Shown here: piece by piece, positions 46,935 through 60,229 of the stretch
Position numbering within the stretch: the first letter of the stretch is position 1
How the letters are laid out: every line of letters starts with the position of its first letter
Source of the DNA: Azolla caroliniana
Taxonomy: Eukaryota; Plantae; Polypodiophyta
Direction of reading: 5' to 3'
DNA length: 64,000 nucleotides
Assembly: GCA_043228905.1 (NCBI GenBank)
Contig: JBHGNT010000009.1
Span: 12,214,001 to 12,278,000 of the forward strand
Notes under the pieces: generated by a model
Told to the model about the DNA's origin: nothing
The model's input: only the letters and a program-made list of their open reading frames with translations
The model's database searches: none
Program-made: the position numbers and the translations under genes

Positions 46935-49900
46935 TGTCGCGTTGTTACGCGTGTGCGTGGAGAAAGGCGGGACCACGGGGGTCTTGGACTAGGGAGTATA
47001 GGAGAAGGAATCGGACATGGAATGGAAGCTTTGCTCAAGAAGGAGAAGAATGAACAAGAGATTAACTCGAACAAGAGGAAGATGGAGACAAGAAGATCAA
47101 CATGATATATTAAAACGAAATGAACGATTACAAAACGGTGGCCGCGTAGGCCACACCAAACGACTACTCGAAACCCTAACCCTAACCCTAACGCTTGACC
47201 TACGTGGTATACCTCGCACACTCAAAATAGGCAATCCCCACAATGGTGCCTTCTCTCTCCTTTTATAGCACAAGGAGGGAAAACCGCTTACAAAAGTGAG
47301 ACTAAAATATCCCCTTTCATTCAAAGGGGATATTTGCCTTGATTTGGGGAAGGGTGAGATTGATGGCTCCTTAACTCCCACCTCCTCACAAACAACTAGG
47401 TACCTATGTACCGCATAGTACCTCTCTCTCTCTCTCTCTCTCGCGTGGATGTGCGTACAACCACATCACCTTTATACCTTTATTACTATTACTAATACGT
47501 GTGCAACGTTGCACATCGCTCTTTGGCTCTCGTTGCTCGGGTTTCCGCTTGTGGACGAAAATCTTCACGACATCCGCCCCCACCTAACCGCACATCCTCC
47601 GGTATGTGCCAAAACATAGGGGAGAGAACACGAGATTTTCAGCCACGACGACCGAATGAGTCCTTAGCGTCCTCGTGGGCCCGCCCGACTTTTGTCTTCC
47701 ACTTCGAGCAAGACCACCCCGTCCACACGAACCACCGCCGCCTTCCGGCCCACCGTCCTCGCCGAATGGTCTCGAACCGTCGGCGCCATCCGATCCGCCA
47801 CACTCGACGATGTTCGCCGAGTCGTTGCCTCCACCCGATCCGCCACGTGCACCGTGGGTCCTTGAACCACTGACTACATCCGACCCGCCGTATCCGATGC
47901 CCGTGCTTTCCTCCCCGTTCGGTCCTCCCGAACGCCGTCGCTGACCCGGTTGCTCTTCCTTTGTCCGCCTTGTATATCCCCCGGATGCGCTCCCGGTCGC
48001 ATGCCGGATTCCGCCCTTTGCGTGCCGCACACCTCGGCGTGCCGACTCTCTCCGCTCCGCGCTTGCCTTTCGTAGGCTTTCCCTGTATGTCGATGTTGCC
48101 CTCTGAATGCGTGGTCGTGCTTCGGTCCTTCGATGACCCCATCACGCGTTTTTTGCTTTCCCCTTTTTCGCCGTGCTCTCTCGTAGTAGAGTGTATCGTC
48201 ATCCCGACCTCCGTGTCGGTGTCCCTCGAGGCTCTCGTTATCGCCTCGCCTCGACTTGCGCCCTCTTGGCCCGCTTGGCCTTGTATGCTCTCCGGGAAGC
48301 CGCTGCGCTTTCTCTTCCCGGTGTGTACCCCGTTGTTCTCCGTGCATCTCCTCCGTTTTCCTAGATACGACTCTCCGCTCATGCCGATCGCGCTCGGCCC
48401 ATGCCGTCGATCTTGGTGTTTCGCCGCGCCGTCCCTCGTCCTGCGCTTGCCTCTCGAAGGCTTGACCCAACCGTCATCGTCGGTCAATCGTTGTCGCCCA
48501 TCCGCCGTATGCATGCTTGTGTCTTGGCCCTCCACCGGCCGTATTGCATGCGTCTCGTGTCGTGCTTCCGCCGTAGACACGGCCTCCGCGTCGGTCTCCA
48601 ACTCCTCGCCGCCACCCACCGCTTCTTCGTTCTCCTTTCGATCCGCGACCGCCGATGCCTCACGGGTAGGTGTGGAGGGTTCCTCCCACTCTCGGTTCAC
48701 CACCGAGTCCTCGCCTCTCAAAGGCTCAATCGGTCCACCGTTTCCGGTCACTCGTTGATGCTTTCTCGGATGCATGCTCGTTCTTGGGCCCTTCACCGAC
48801 CGTAGTGCATGCTTCGTGTTACGCCCTTCATCCGCCGTAGACCCGACCTCCACGTCGGCCACTTCTTCCTTTGTCACTGTAGCCCGTTCCGACCCGAGCT
48901 CGCCATCTTGGACCTGCTCGTCCATCATCTCATACCGGATACCCGCTCCGATAACTTTGTCCGCTTCGGCCTCCGACTCCTCGCCGCCACCCGCCGTCTC
49001 TCCGGTCTCACGTTGATCCGCAACCGCCGAAGTCTTTAGAATGGGTGTGGAAGGTCCCTCTCGCTCTCAGTCTTCTAGCAAGCCGTGATCACCGTGCCCA
49101 CTAGGCCTCCTTCTCGCTCTCACCGGCTCCCACCGTAACCGTACCCGGACGGCTACGAATCGATCAAACAATCCCGGTCTTGCCAGCTCCCTTCGGTTCG
49201 TGCCCGGTTGACTGGCCCCCGCTTCACCCATCTTCCGCTCCACTTCCCGGTCGGGTCGGATTACCGACCGGCTCATCTTTCGGTCGGGTCGGTTCCCGAC
49301 TCGCTCCTCAATGCCGCTCCAGACCTCTCCTTCGGTCCTTTCGCACGTGCCCACCCCGGGCCTCTCATCCTCACGGCCACCGCCCATCTCCCCGGTCTTA
49401 TGTCCGCGCTCAGGCGCAACCGCCGAAGTCTCCGGCCCCGGTGTCGAGGGATCTCGCCTCCATCCACTACAAACCTCCTCTTCGTCATTTCGGTTGCCTG
49501 CCTTGCCGCCGCGACCGTCCGTCTCTCTAGGTCTCACACCGGCTCTCGGGCCGGTTGCCAGAGTCTCTAGGACCGGTGTGTGGAAGGTCGCGGCACCGCC
49601 GCTCGTCTCCTCTTCTTCCTCGATTTCACAAGCCTCAAGTATGCTCGCGAAATCCTCGTAGAATGTTTCGGGCAACCGCGTCCCGAAACTTTCGCCCACT
49701 CTCGAAGTGGCGTCCATTGCTCTGTAGATATCGGGCTCATCCATGGCCGTCCTCTTTCCACAAGTCGAGAGGGTCGCTCGCTCCGCACCCTCTCCCACAT
49801 CGTCGCCGTGGTCGTCCGCCTTGCCGCCTCCACCGTTCATTACCCTAAGTCTCATGCGGGCACTCGGGCCGGCCGCCGGGGTCTCTTGAACCGGTGCGTG

Positions 49901-51621
49901 TAAGGTAGCAACGCCGCTGCTCGTCGATGCTATGCCCATAGCCACCTCCATTCGGACATCATCGTTCGTGGCTACCCCGCCTCCATATATGCAAGCATCA
50001 ATTATGCTTGCCGCCTCCTCTTCCACGGTCTCCTTACCATTGTCTCGGTTGCCTGCCTTGCCGCCGCCACCGCCCGTCGCTCTAGGTCTCACGCCGGCAA
50101 TCGGGCCGACCGCCGGTGCCTCTAGGGCTGGTGTGTGTAAGGTCGCGGCACCGCCGCTTGTCTCCTCCTCCCTCGATGTTTCGGGCCGCCATGTCCCGAA
50201 TCCGTAGTTACCGGCCTTCATGGCCGTCCATTCGCTGCAAGACGAGAGAGTCGCTCTTTTCGCACCCTCTCCCATGTCACCATCGTACGCTCTCCCGGCC
50301 TCCGTATAGGCCCCCGTCTTCTCCGTCTAGGGAGTCTTCTTCCTCCGCATCTTCCGATCGCCTCCGGCCCGTCTCCATAACAAGCCCTTCTTCGGCTCCG
50401 ATTTTCGCCTTCACAATCTCGCATGCCTCCCGTATTAGCGCTTCTAGGTCGAGCTCCTCCGAACCGTTTTGCGTTGAGCTCTCTTCTGGCGGTAGTGCGT
50501 ACCCACTCACCGCTCTCTCTTCTCCGCTGCTTGCGGGCCGTGTTGTGTCCGACCGCCTCGCATCATGTTGCCGGCACCCCCACCGATCGAACTCATGCCG
50601 ACCTCTTCCTTCCGGTTCTGTGTACCCGTACGCCTCCAATAGAGCTCCCTCGAAGGACTCCCATGACTCGTGAGCTTCTCGTAGCTCCTTGACGTCCTTG
50701 TGCACCGATACGGCCGCCACTCGCGGAAAATACTCTATCCGCATCGCCTCGTCCACGCCCCCTTTCGCCATCTCGGCCTTGTAGGCTCCCAAAATTTTTA
50801 GGACCTCATTCCCATTGAACTGGCCGACTCGATCGACCACCCTTTCGACGGCTTGTTGAGCCGCATCTCGCTTCGCCATCTTCCGTCCGGCTTCCATCAC
50901 GATCTTTGCCATCATCTCCTCGAAGTCAAAGTCTTCTTCCATCTCCATGCTCCCTTGCCGCCCTTCACTTCGGGTTCACCAAATATATCGCGTTGTTACG
51001 CGCGTGCGTGGAGAAAGGCGGGACCACGGGGGTCTTGGACTAGGGAGTAGAGGAGAAGGAATCGGACATGGAATGGAAGCTTTGCTCAAGAAGGAGAAGA
51101 ATGAACAAGAGATTAACTCGAACAAGAGGAAGATGGAGACAAGAAGATCAACATGATATATTAAAACGAAATGAACGATTACAAAACGGTGGCCGCGTAG
51201 GCCGCACCAAACGACTACTCGAAACCCTAACCCTAACCCTAACGCTTGACCTACGTGGTATACCTCGCACACTCAAAATAGGCAACCCCCACAATGGTGC
51301 CTTCTCTCTCCTTTTATAGCACAAGGAGGGAAGACCGCTTACAAAAGTGAGACTAAAATATCCCCTTTCATTCAAAGGGGATATTTGCCTTGATTTGGGG
51401 AAGGGTGAGATTGATGGCCCCTTAACTCCCACCTCCTCACAAACAACTAGGTACCTATGTACCGCATAGTACCTCTCTCTCTCTCTCTCTCGCGTGGATG
51501 TGCGTACAACCACATCACCTTTATACCTTTATTACTATTACTAATACGTGTGCAACGTTGCACATCACTCTTTGGCTCTCGTTGCTCGGGTTTCCGCTTG
51601 TGGACGAAAATCTTCACGACA
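46935..51621 (-). mobile_element. Complete pol-less tRNA-Trp-primed LTR element 'B' (4,687 bp)
   Basis: LTRs 46935-47572 and 50986-51621 differ at only a handful of sites. 4-bp TSD GCGT, PBS ~50964-50981, PPT 47573-47591. Confidence 0.95.
47639..50948 (-). pseudogene. Gag N-terminal domain fused to a long repetitive low-complexity tail (element B)
   Basis: ORF 50277-50948 is a gag homologue. ORFs 49067-50275 and 47639-48928 share a frame. No zinc knuckle or pol. Confidence 0.75.
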
Positions 51622-54600
51622 GCGTAGTGCGTGGTTGTGGAATCTACGCGTTATTGCGTAGTGTCTTCAGTACTCCCCCTCAAGCTTGGCAGGTCAGGGA
51701 TCGTCAATCCGAGATCGGTCATGAATTGCCATAGCTTGTCAGCTCCTAAGGCTTTAGTGAAGACGTCAGCCGTTTGAAGATTGGTGCTAATGTGTTGTAT
51801 GTCGACATTGCCAGCCAGAACGCGCTCTCGGAAGAAGTGATAGTGCACTTCGATGTGCTTTGTCCGCACGTGGAACACCGGGTTCCGAGCCAGATAGATA
51901 TTGCTCATGTGGTCACAATAAAGGGAAGTCGGATCCTTGATGGGTACGCCCAGATCCTTCAAAATCCTCTTGAGCCATACGACTTCACACGCAGCTACGG
52001 CTGCACCCCTGTATTCCGCCTCCGTACTCGAAAGAGCGACAGTAGGCTGCTTCTTGCTACTCCAGGATATTGCTCCACTGCCGAGGGAGAAAACAAATAT
52101 GGAGGTTGATCTTCTATCGGCTTTGTAGCCAGCCCAATCGGCGTCGGTGTACCCCTCGAGTCGTATGGGCATCGCGGTCTTGTAGAGGATGTCGTAATCC
52201 ATTGTACCGCTCACGTATCGTAGAATTCGCTTAGCGCAATCCAAGTGAGTATCACGCGGTGTTTGCATGAATTGGCTAAGGAGACGGACCGGATAACTGA
52301 GATCGGGTCGTGTGATCGTGAGGTAGATCAGACTCCCGATGAGTTGCCGATACTGAGTCGGCTCACACGCTTTGGTGCCGGAGTTCGCATCTTGTTTGAG
52401 ATTGCGATTGAGCGGGGTTGCCGTGGTTTTGCACTCAGCCATCCCGAACTTGTATAGCAAGTTGAGGATGTAGTGTCGTTGAGAGATCATGATTCCGGCC
52501 GGAGTCCGAATTACCTCGATGCCGAGGAAGTAGTGGAGCTCCTTCATGTCCGTCATCTCGAACTTGTCGGAAAGGAGGGATTTGACCTTATTGATTTCGA
52601 TGAGATGCTCACCTCCAATGACTAGGTCATCCACATATAAGATGATGACAATCGGACTTCCGGAATCGCTTCGTATGTAGAGGGAGTTGTCCGATTTTGA
52701 CATACGAAAGCCAATTTGATGAAGATATTGCGTTATCTTCGAATGCCAAGCACGGAGTGCTTGCTTGAGGCTGTAGAGAGGCTTCTTGAGACGGCAAAAA
52801 ACTTTCGGATGGGTGCTCGAGTTGAAGCCGGGTGGTTGGATCATGTACACCTCCTCTTCTAATTCTCCTTGTAGAAAGGCGTTCTTGACGTCCATTTGAT
52901 GGAGGTGCCACCCTTTCACCGCAGCAATCGCAATTACGGTCCACACCATTGTCATCTTTGCCACCGGGGCAAAGGTCTCTTCGTAGTCGACGCCATGCGT
53001 CTGAGCGTACCCTTTCGCTACGAGTCGAGCTTTGTAGCGGTTTACGGAGCCATCGACATTATACTTCACCTTGTAGATCCATCTGCATCTGATCGCCTTT
53101 TTGTGTGGTGAGGTGGGAACGAGATCCCATGTCTCGTTCTTCCGTAGTGCCTCCATCTCCTCATTCATTGATTCGATCCATCGCGGGTCCTTCGCGGCTT
53201 CCGAAAAGGTTTCCGGCTCCCGTACTGTCGCCACCTTCATCATAAAGGCGTAATGGTACGCCATATAATCATTGTAGCCGAATCAGCTTACGGGGTTCTT
53301 TTCACGGGTGGATTGGCGGAGCTTTTCATTTGCAGAGATGAGGGCTTTCTTAGCTCCGATTGGTACCTCGAAACCGCCGAACTCACTGTTGAGTGAGTGA
53401 GTCGACTCATCGTCGTTGAAGCGATCGTCTTCGTATTCTGACATTTTTGCCTTGCCTTTGTCCATCTTCGGGCTAGGCTGTGATGTGCTTTGATCGCGCA
53501 ACGGCTCTTGAGGTCCGCTCAGTCGGGTCGTGATCGGACTTTCTTCGATCATGCGCGTATGGCGATCTTCATCCTCGATCTCTTGGTCGGCAGATTCCGG
53601 GTCGAGTGGAGGCGGAGTCGGAGTTGTCTCTGGTGCGTACCAGGATGCAGACTTGTCAAAAATGACATTTCGACTTACTCAAGATTTTCGAGTTGAAGGG
53701 TTGTAGCACTTGTACCCCTTTTGCTCCAATGAGTATCCTACGAGGATACATTTCTCCGACTTAGGGTCAAGCTTTTGACGCTTCTCATCGGGGATGTGCA
53801 CGTACGCTATCGCTCCGAATATGCGGATGTGCGATAAGTCCGGCTTCTTTCCGAAGTATTTTTCGTGCGGAGTGACCTCGTGCACGCCGGATGTTGTGCA
53901 CCGGTTCATTAGGTAGACAACCGTATTTGCAGCTTCGGCCCAATATGACTTGGGCATATGCTTCTCGTTCATCATGGCCTGCGCTACTTCGAGGATGTGC
54001 CGATTTTTGCGCTCGGCTACCCCGTTTTGTTGTGGAGTGTGTCGGCAAGTGAATTCTCGCCGAATTCCTTCCTTTCAGAGATATGCCGTGAAGTCGTCAT
54101 AGAAGTACTCCTTGCCGCAATCCGATCAAAGACAACGTACATGTCGGCCCGTGACTTTCTCGACTTCATTCTTGAAATTTTGGATGTGTCCGAACACTTC
54201 ACTCTTTTGCCGCATCGGGTAGATCCAAGTGTGCCTAGAGAAGTCGTCGATAAAGAGCACGTAATATCGGCATCCGCCGAATGTAGCCGTCTGCGCCGGT
54301 CCCCATACGTCGGAATGGACTACGTCGAGTAGACCTTTGCTCCGTTCCGCTCTTTCGGGAATGGGTGTCGGTGTTGCTTGCCGAATTGGCACGCTTCGCA
54401 TACACCTTCAATCTCCTTTTCTTTGAATGTCGGGAGTCTGATGACGACTCCTTTCGATTTCATTGGTTTGAGTTTGTTGAGATTTATGTGGTTGATTCGC
54501 TTGTGCCACAACTTTGTGTCGGAGTCGGCTTTAATGCCCTTTGCGAACATGGCCGATTTCATCTCGTGTGGGTCGAGAATGAACATTCGGCCCTCTCTTC

Positions 54601-55599
54601 GTCCGCATGCGATGAGTCAGCCGTCTTTTTTGATGAAGCAACCGCCTTGATTAAATCGAACTTGCATCCCTTGCTCTACAATTTGGCGGACGGAGACCAA
54701 ATTCTTCGTAATGGTCGGTACATGCAAGACATTTTTAATGTAATTTTGCTTACCTTCTTTTCCGAACGGAACATTGCCGATGTGCCGAATCAGGTGCGTA
54801 GTGTCATCTCCGGTTTCGACATAACCGGGTCGCTCTGGCTCTCGAAGTTCTCGGAACCATTCTTGATGCGATGTCATATGGTTCGAGGCACCGGAATTGA
54901 CGAACCATACATCTTCCGAACCGGAGGCACTAGTTGAGGTAGCGGCCGACATAGAGTTTGCTCTATGTTTCATCATGAACATTCCGCCACGGTCGAAGTT
55001 GTGTGCATACATTCCGCCACGATCTTCATAGTCAGAGTTGTGCCCATACATTCCGCTATACTCTTCGTAGTCGAAATTGTGCCCGTAATTCGTGAGTTGT
55101 CGGCTTGTGGAAGCCAATTCACGCATCTCCTTTTGGCACTCTTCTTCGTGGTGGCCAAGCTTTCCGCAATATCCGCATTTGGTTGCGTTTTGACGGCTCG
55201 GGCCGGAGTGGAAGCTCCCCCTTCTTGCGAAGGTTCTTCGTTGGCCTCCGTTTTGCGGCCGAAATTGGGAGTTGTTGTCGTAGGTCGAACATCGTTCGCC
55301 TTGTCCTTGGCCGAATCGGCCTCTCACTCATCCGCGTCCTCTTCCTCCGTTAGAGTGTGTGTAGAGCATGTGGCCTTCCGACTCATTGCTCCTTGTACGC
55401 ACGTGGTTTTCTTCGACCAATAGCATTGATTGGAGCTCGAAGAAGGAGGGAGATTTCTCCCATGCTAGAACGGCGGTTCGCATCGTGCCGAACCGTGGTG
55501 TGAGGCCGCCGAGGCATATTTGCGCCATCTCATCATCATCTATACTTACGCTTATTGAGCCGAGTGAGTCGCAAAGCTCCTTGATCTTCAAGGTGTCTG

Positions 55600-58262
55600 T
55601 CTTGATGGACATGTCCCTTTATCACATATGTCATCGTCGACGATGCCTCAGCCCAAAACTTCTTGGGTAGTTTTGCATGCGCCAACATACTCCGGATCCT
55701 CTCCATTATGGTTCGGTTCATCCTCTCGGCCAGCCCGTTTAGTTACGGCGTCTTCGGCACGGTAAATTCGAGCCGAATTCCCTTCGAGTGACAATACTCC
55801 TCGAACTGCCCCTGGTATTCACCTCCGTTATCTACTCGAACCGCCTTCAGCTTCCGGCCAGTTTCTCTTTCCACTCTCGCGTGGAGCTCTTTGAAAATGG
55901 ATAACACCTGATCCTTCGTCTTCAACGGTGTGGCCCACAGCTTCCGACTGTGGTCATCTATGAACGTCACGAAGTACTGCGATCTGGCATGTGACTTCGT
56001 GTCCACTTGACATACATCAGTATGCACCAACTCCAGTGGTACATTACGTCTCATCGGTGGCCTCGATCGGAAGGAGGTCCGGTTTTGTTTACCGGCCAGA
56101 CAATCAGTGCACTTCTCCAAGTGCACGTTCTTCACTGGAATGAGGTTGTCGTCTGCAAGCCTCTTCATCCCCTTCTCGCTCATGTGACACAGCCTCTTGT
56201 GCCACAGCTCACCGGCAGTGTCGGATGCCACGTTCACTTCTTCCGGGCATAACCGAGCATTCATCAGGTACAACGTGTTGACCTTTTGGGCTCGAGCCAC
56301 AATCAGGCTCCCTTTGCTGAACTTCATAACACCGTTCCGGATGCTACCCATGTAGCCTTCATCATCTAGCCAACTGGCTGATATCAGGTTCAGACGAACC
56401 TCCGGAACGTGTCGGACATCCTTCAGCAGCAGCTTGCATCCGGTTGGTGTTGTCAACCACACGTTTCCTATGCCAACAATTCTGCATGTACCTTCATTTC
56501 CCATCTGGACACAACCGTGATCACCGGCTGAGTAGGATGAGAAGTATTTCCGGTCCGGGGTAAGGTGGAATGACGCTCCAGAGTCGACCACCCAGGTTAT
56601 CTTGTCGCCGGCAAGGTTTAGCTCACTCTCCTTGGTGATGAGCATCAACTCTTCTTCACTTGCCACAATTGCCGTCGTTCCCTTCCGGTTCGTTCCCCTC
56701 CGGTCTTTACCGTTCCGGTCCGGTGTCCGCTTCGAATCGGTACCGTCGGATTCCTTGTCTTTTCGGAAATGCCGACAGTTCTTCTGGAAGTGTCCCGGCT
56801 TGCCGCAATAGAAGCAAGTAGGCCTCCCCCTTGACTTTGACCGTGTCCCCGATTTTTCCCGGTTCTGGGGGCTATGGTTCCTTTGTCTTCCGCGTTCCGA
56901 TTCGGTAAGGAGCGCTTTGGAGTCGGAGCTCGTATCCTTATCTTTCCGGCCCGCCCCCTCATCTAGCAAGCTCGACTTCACTCTTGCTAGGGATAACCGT
57001 TTCCCTTCCGGCCCGGCGTTGCCCAAAGTGACAACCAACGTCTCCCAGCTATCTGGGAGGGAACCGAGCAGGAGTAGTGCTAGTACCTCATCGGCGAGAG
57101 GTACTTCCAATGATGTTGCCTAGTGGATCAGCCCCTGGAAGGCATTCATGTGCTCCGCCATGCTGGAGCCATCTTGGTACCGGAGTCTTACTAGCTTCCG
57201 AAATACCGAAACCTGATTAACAACATTTTTGTTTTGAAACATAATGTCGATCTTCTCCCAGAGCTCATGAGCCTTGCTCTCTTCATTGAAGTTGTTGTAT
57301 AGACTCATGTCGATGAAAGCACCGTATGTACACCGTTGTCTTCATGTGCATCACCTCGCATATCGTGGCGTTGATTTTGTCCGGTCTCTTGTCCCCGAAC
57401 TAAACCGGCAACCAAAGATCTTTAACCATGAGCATGTCCCTCATCTTCGACTTCCACACCGAATAGTTGGAGCCGTGAGCTTGAACATGCCTCCCAACGA
57501 TTCGTCTGTTTTCTGTGTCGTTTTGCTCTGATACCACTTTGACAGGAACTACACGCTCCGATGAACAACGCTTGGCAACAACCAAGCTTAGAATCAAACA
57601 CAGAAAACGGGAATGAATGCATGACACAGTGGAGAGAAGAGTACATAGGATGTTTATGTGGAAAACCCAAACACGGGAAAAACCACGGCAGTCCACTGAC
57701 TGCTAACTATCACTATGTAACAACATACAATAGATGAACATAGAGGCAACGACCTCTTGTTCACTGTCTTCGCCATAGGCGACGGTTACAACAGAGATAC
57801 GAACTCTTCGTCTCTTTCTCTCTCTCTCATTGTACACTGTTGCGCTCTAATCTTGCGCCAACAAGAATGACAACAACAACTTACTCTAAGTTTGCCCTAA
57901 GTCATATTTATACTAATATGACTTTTCGGCTATTTACAAATATAGCCCAGATGGACTCTCAGAAACATATTTACGAATATGTCCCTTCATCCGGTGAGCA
58001 CTCCTCACCAGGCCTGCATCATCCGACGCTTGCTGGGCACAAGTCATCCGGTTCTCACCAGGTCTTCCGTTGCCGGGTACTCCTCATCTGGTTCTCATCT
58101 GGTCTTCCGTTGCCGGGTACTCCACATCCGGTTCTCACCGGGTCTTCACCATCCGGTTCTTGCCGGGTACTCGTCATCCGGCTCTCACCGGGTCTTTCGT
58201 TGTCGGGTACTCCACATCACTGTTCTTTTCACTTCCCATCCGGAGGGACCTGTTTCCTAACA
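55600..58262 (-). mobile_element. Truncated Tork-like Copia 'J': 5' LTR 57540-58262, iMet PBS 57525-57536, gag-PR-partial INT
   Basis: ORF 55743-57110 is closely similar to M. The LTR carries ~36-bp tandem repeats at ~58040-58215. Confidence 0.92.
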
Positions 58263-59921
58263 TTTATCACGTTCATTAGTTTCCCTTTTTGCCCGACGTG
58301 GTTGAGGGTAACTTCACTGACAAGTACGATCGGATGCAGAGTGTTGTCTCCTGTTGCAACTACTCCTGGTTGTTCCGGTTTTTCCAGATATGAGAAATAC
58401 TCTTTATGGTTCGTCATATGGTTTGACGCTCCAGAGTGAACGTACCACACTTTGTCCAATTTCGGGGTGTTCTTCTGCATCGAGTTCGCTTCGTGTCTTG
58501 TCACAAAGGCTGCACCCTTTCCGACTTTTTCAGATCCTTCGACGTAGTGTGTCCGCTACCGATTTCCGTGTTCGGTCAGTCCAGATCCGGATTCGGTTTT
58601 CTCCGAATCGACGCGCTTCTTCCAACACTCGCTCTCCTTGTGGCCTTTCTTGCCACAATACTAGCATTCCGCGGCATGTTTCCCTTGCCGGTTCTCGTCG
58701 CCTCCTCAACTCCCCCCACTTTCGGAGAGTTCGGAATTGTTGCCTGTCGGACGCCTCCATTGCACACCGATTCGCCTCGTCCACCACGACCACGGGGCCT
58801 ATCTCCCTCCATGTACAACATCTTGTTATCGGCATGCGTACTCGTCAACGCACTCGCGTGATTCTCTTCTACAAGGAGCATCGATTGCAAGTCAAAAAAC
58901 GACGACGTATTCTCCCTTGTACAAATAGAAGTTCAGAATGCTCTGAACTTCGACACCAATCCTCCGAGGCAGATCTTTACTATTTCGCCCTCCTCAACGT
59001 TCACATCGATGGAGGCGAGGGAATCGCATATATCCTTTATCTTGGAGGTGTAGCCAGCCACTGTCATGTCGCGTTGATGCACATTGCTCAACTCCTGTTG
59101 CAGTTGGAGCTTCCTAGCTATGGTGCTTGCGGCGAAAATCTTTTTCAGATTTCCCCAAGCATCCTTCAGCGTTCTTGCATCCCAAATGTAGCTCAAGAGT
59201 TGTTCACTCACACAGGACATGAAGCAGTAGAGAACTCTGCTTGCCGACTGTTCCTAGGCTGGGAAGTCTTTATGTGTCAATTCGGGTGCTGCATCATTCG
59301 CTCAATCGACATAGCTCCAGTATCCATGTCTGAGCAGGTACTGGTGCATCTTGTACGACCAAGATGGGTAGTTACTTCTATCGAGCTTCTTAGTTGGAAG
59401 CGAACTAGCCATACCTCTATCCTTTTTTTTTCTTTCTGTTCTTCACCGAGATTAGGTTTTTTGTGTGTGTGTGTGTGTTTCGAGCTGAAGTCGGTTGCAG
59501 AGGTTCTCAACCCTCGCACTCTGATATCATGTGAAATGTAATGTGCGGAAACTATACGAAACACAGAATACCAACAGAGAAAAACAGGTTTAATGGAGAG
59601 CTTAAGACACAATGTACGCGAGAGAGACAGACAGGGAATAAACACATAGGAAAAGTAAATTCAAAATAATGCGTAAACTCTGTACATAGGATGTGCTCAG
59701 GGAGCACTTTTCTACAAGTCCATAGGGACTAACAGAAGTACTGACACGTACTTCAATGCTCATAACTGAGCTCCTACACTAACTCCCAAATATATTCCCT
59801 CGCGGAATATCTGTACAACGGCCTCTTGGTTTCCGCACTGTTACGGCCTCTCGCTGCGCACCCGGTTTGCGCACCTAGTCTACGCACTGGTTTATGCCAA
59901 TGTTGAGCTTGTATCTCAACA
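58263..59921 (-). mobile_element. Truncated Copia 'K' (C/D family): LTR 59530-59921, degenerate iMet PBS, gag-PR remnant
   Basis: The minus-strand LTR begins TGTTGAGATACAAGCTCAACA; protease motif WYVHSGASNHM. Confidence 0.9.
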
Positions 59922-60229
59922 GGGACATCTAGAAAGGAAGAAAAAGAAAAAGGATGGGAGGCAAGCTATGTATGGAAGGAAAAACCTTTTAATAAAAGAT
60001 CTAGTTATCTTATTGGTGATGTATCTTGTCTCTCAAAATTGAAGTCAAGGGTTCAATCTCTCTCTCTCTCAATCTTTCTCCGAATTGGAATCTCCATCTC
60101 TCCATCTTTCTCTCAATCTATCTATCTTAAATACTTTCTCGTTAAAGCTAGTACAAACTTCGAATCCTTCCGGTCCAGGACCCCGGTGGTCCCGCTTCAT
60201 TTCACGAACACGCGAGGATTTCCTCGACA
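59922..60229 (+). repeat. Distal part of the 3' LTR of element F
   Basis: Homologous to ~18673-18973; ends in GATTTCCTCGACA. Confidence 0.85.

Larger units (their letters stand above)
46706..55600 (-). mobile_element. Truncated Ty1/Copia 'H' (gag remnant to RNase H, 51651-55600) whose 3' UTR is split by element B
   Basis: RT/RH ORF 51651-53264 (YVDD, DADWAG) plus INT and PR pieces. PPT at 46726-46738 abuts the LTR start TGTTGAGAATCAAGCTCAAC. Confidence 0.88.
18293..60229 (+). mobile_element. tRNA-Trp-primed Gypsy 'F', the outermost element of a 42-kb nest
   Basis: 5' LTR 18293-18973, PBS 18981-18998, gag 19044-19803, RH/INT 27407-28980, PPT 29101-29112, and a 3' LTR split into 29113-29362 and 59922-60229. 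Flanks ACGT/ATGT restore the host Copia frame. Confidence 0.75.

Noticed and set aside
47171-47192. Interstitial telomere or chromosome-fusion scar
   Set aside because: There are only three units and they occur in both LTRs, so they are part of the element.
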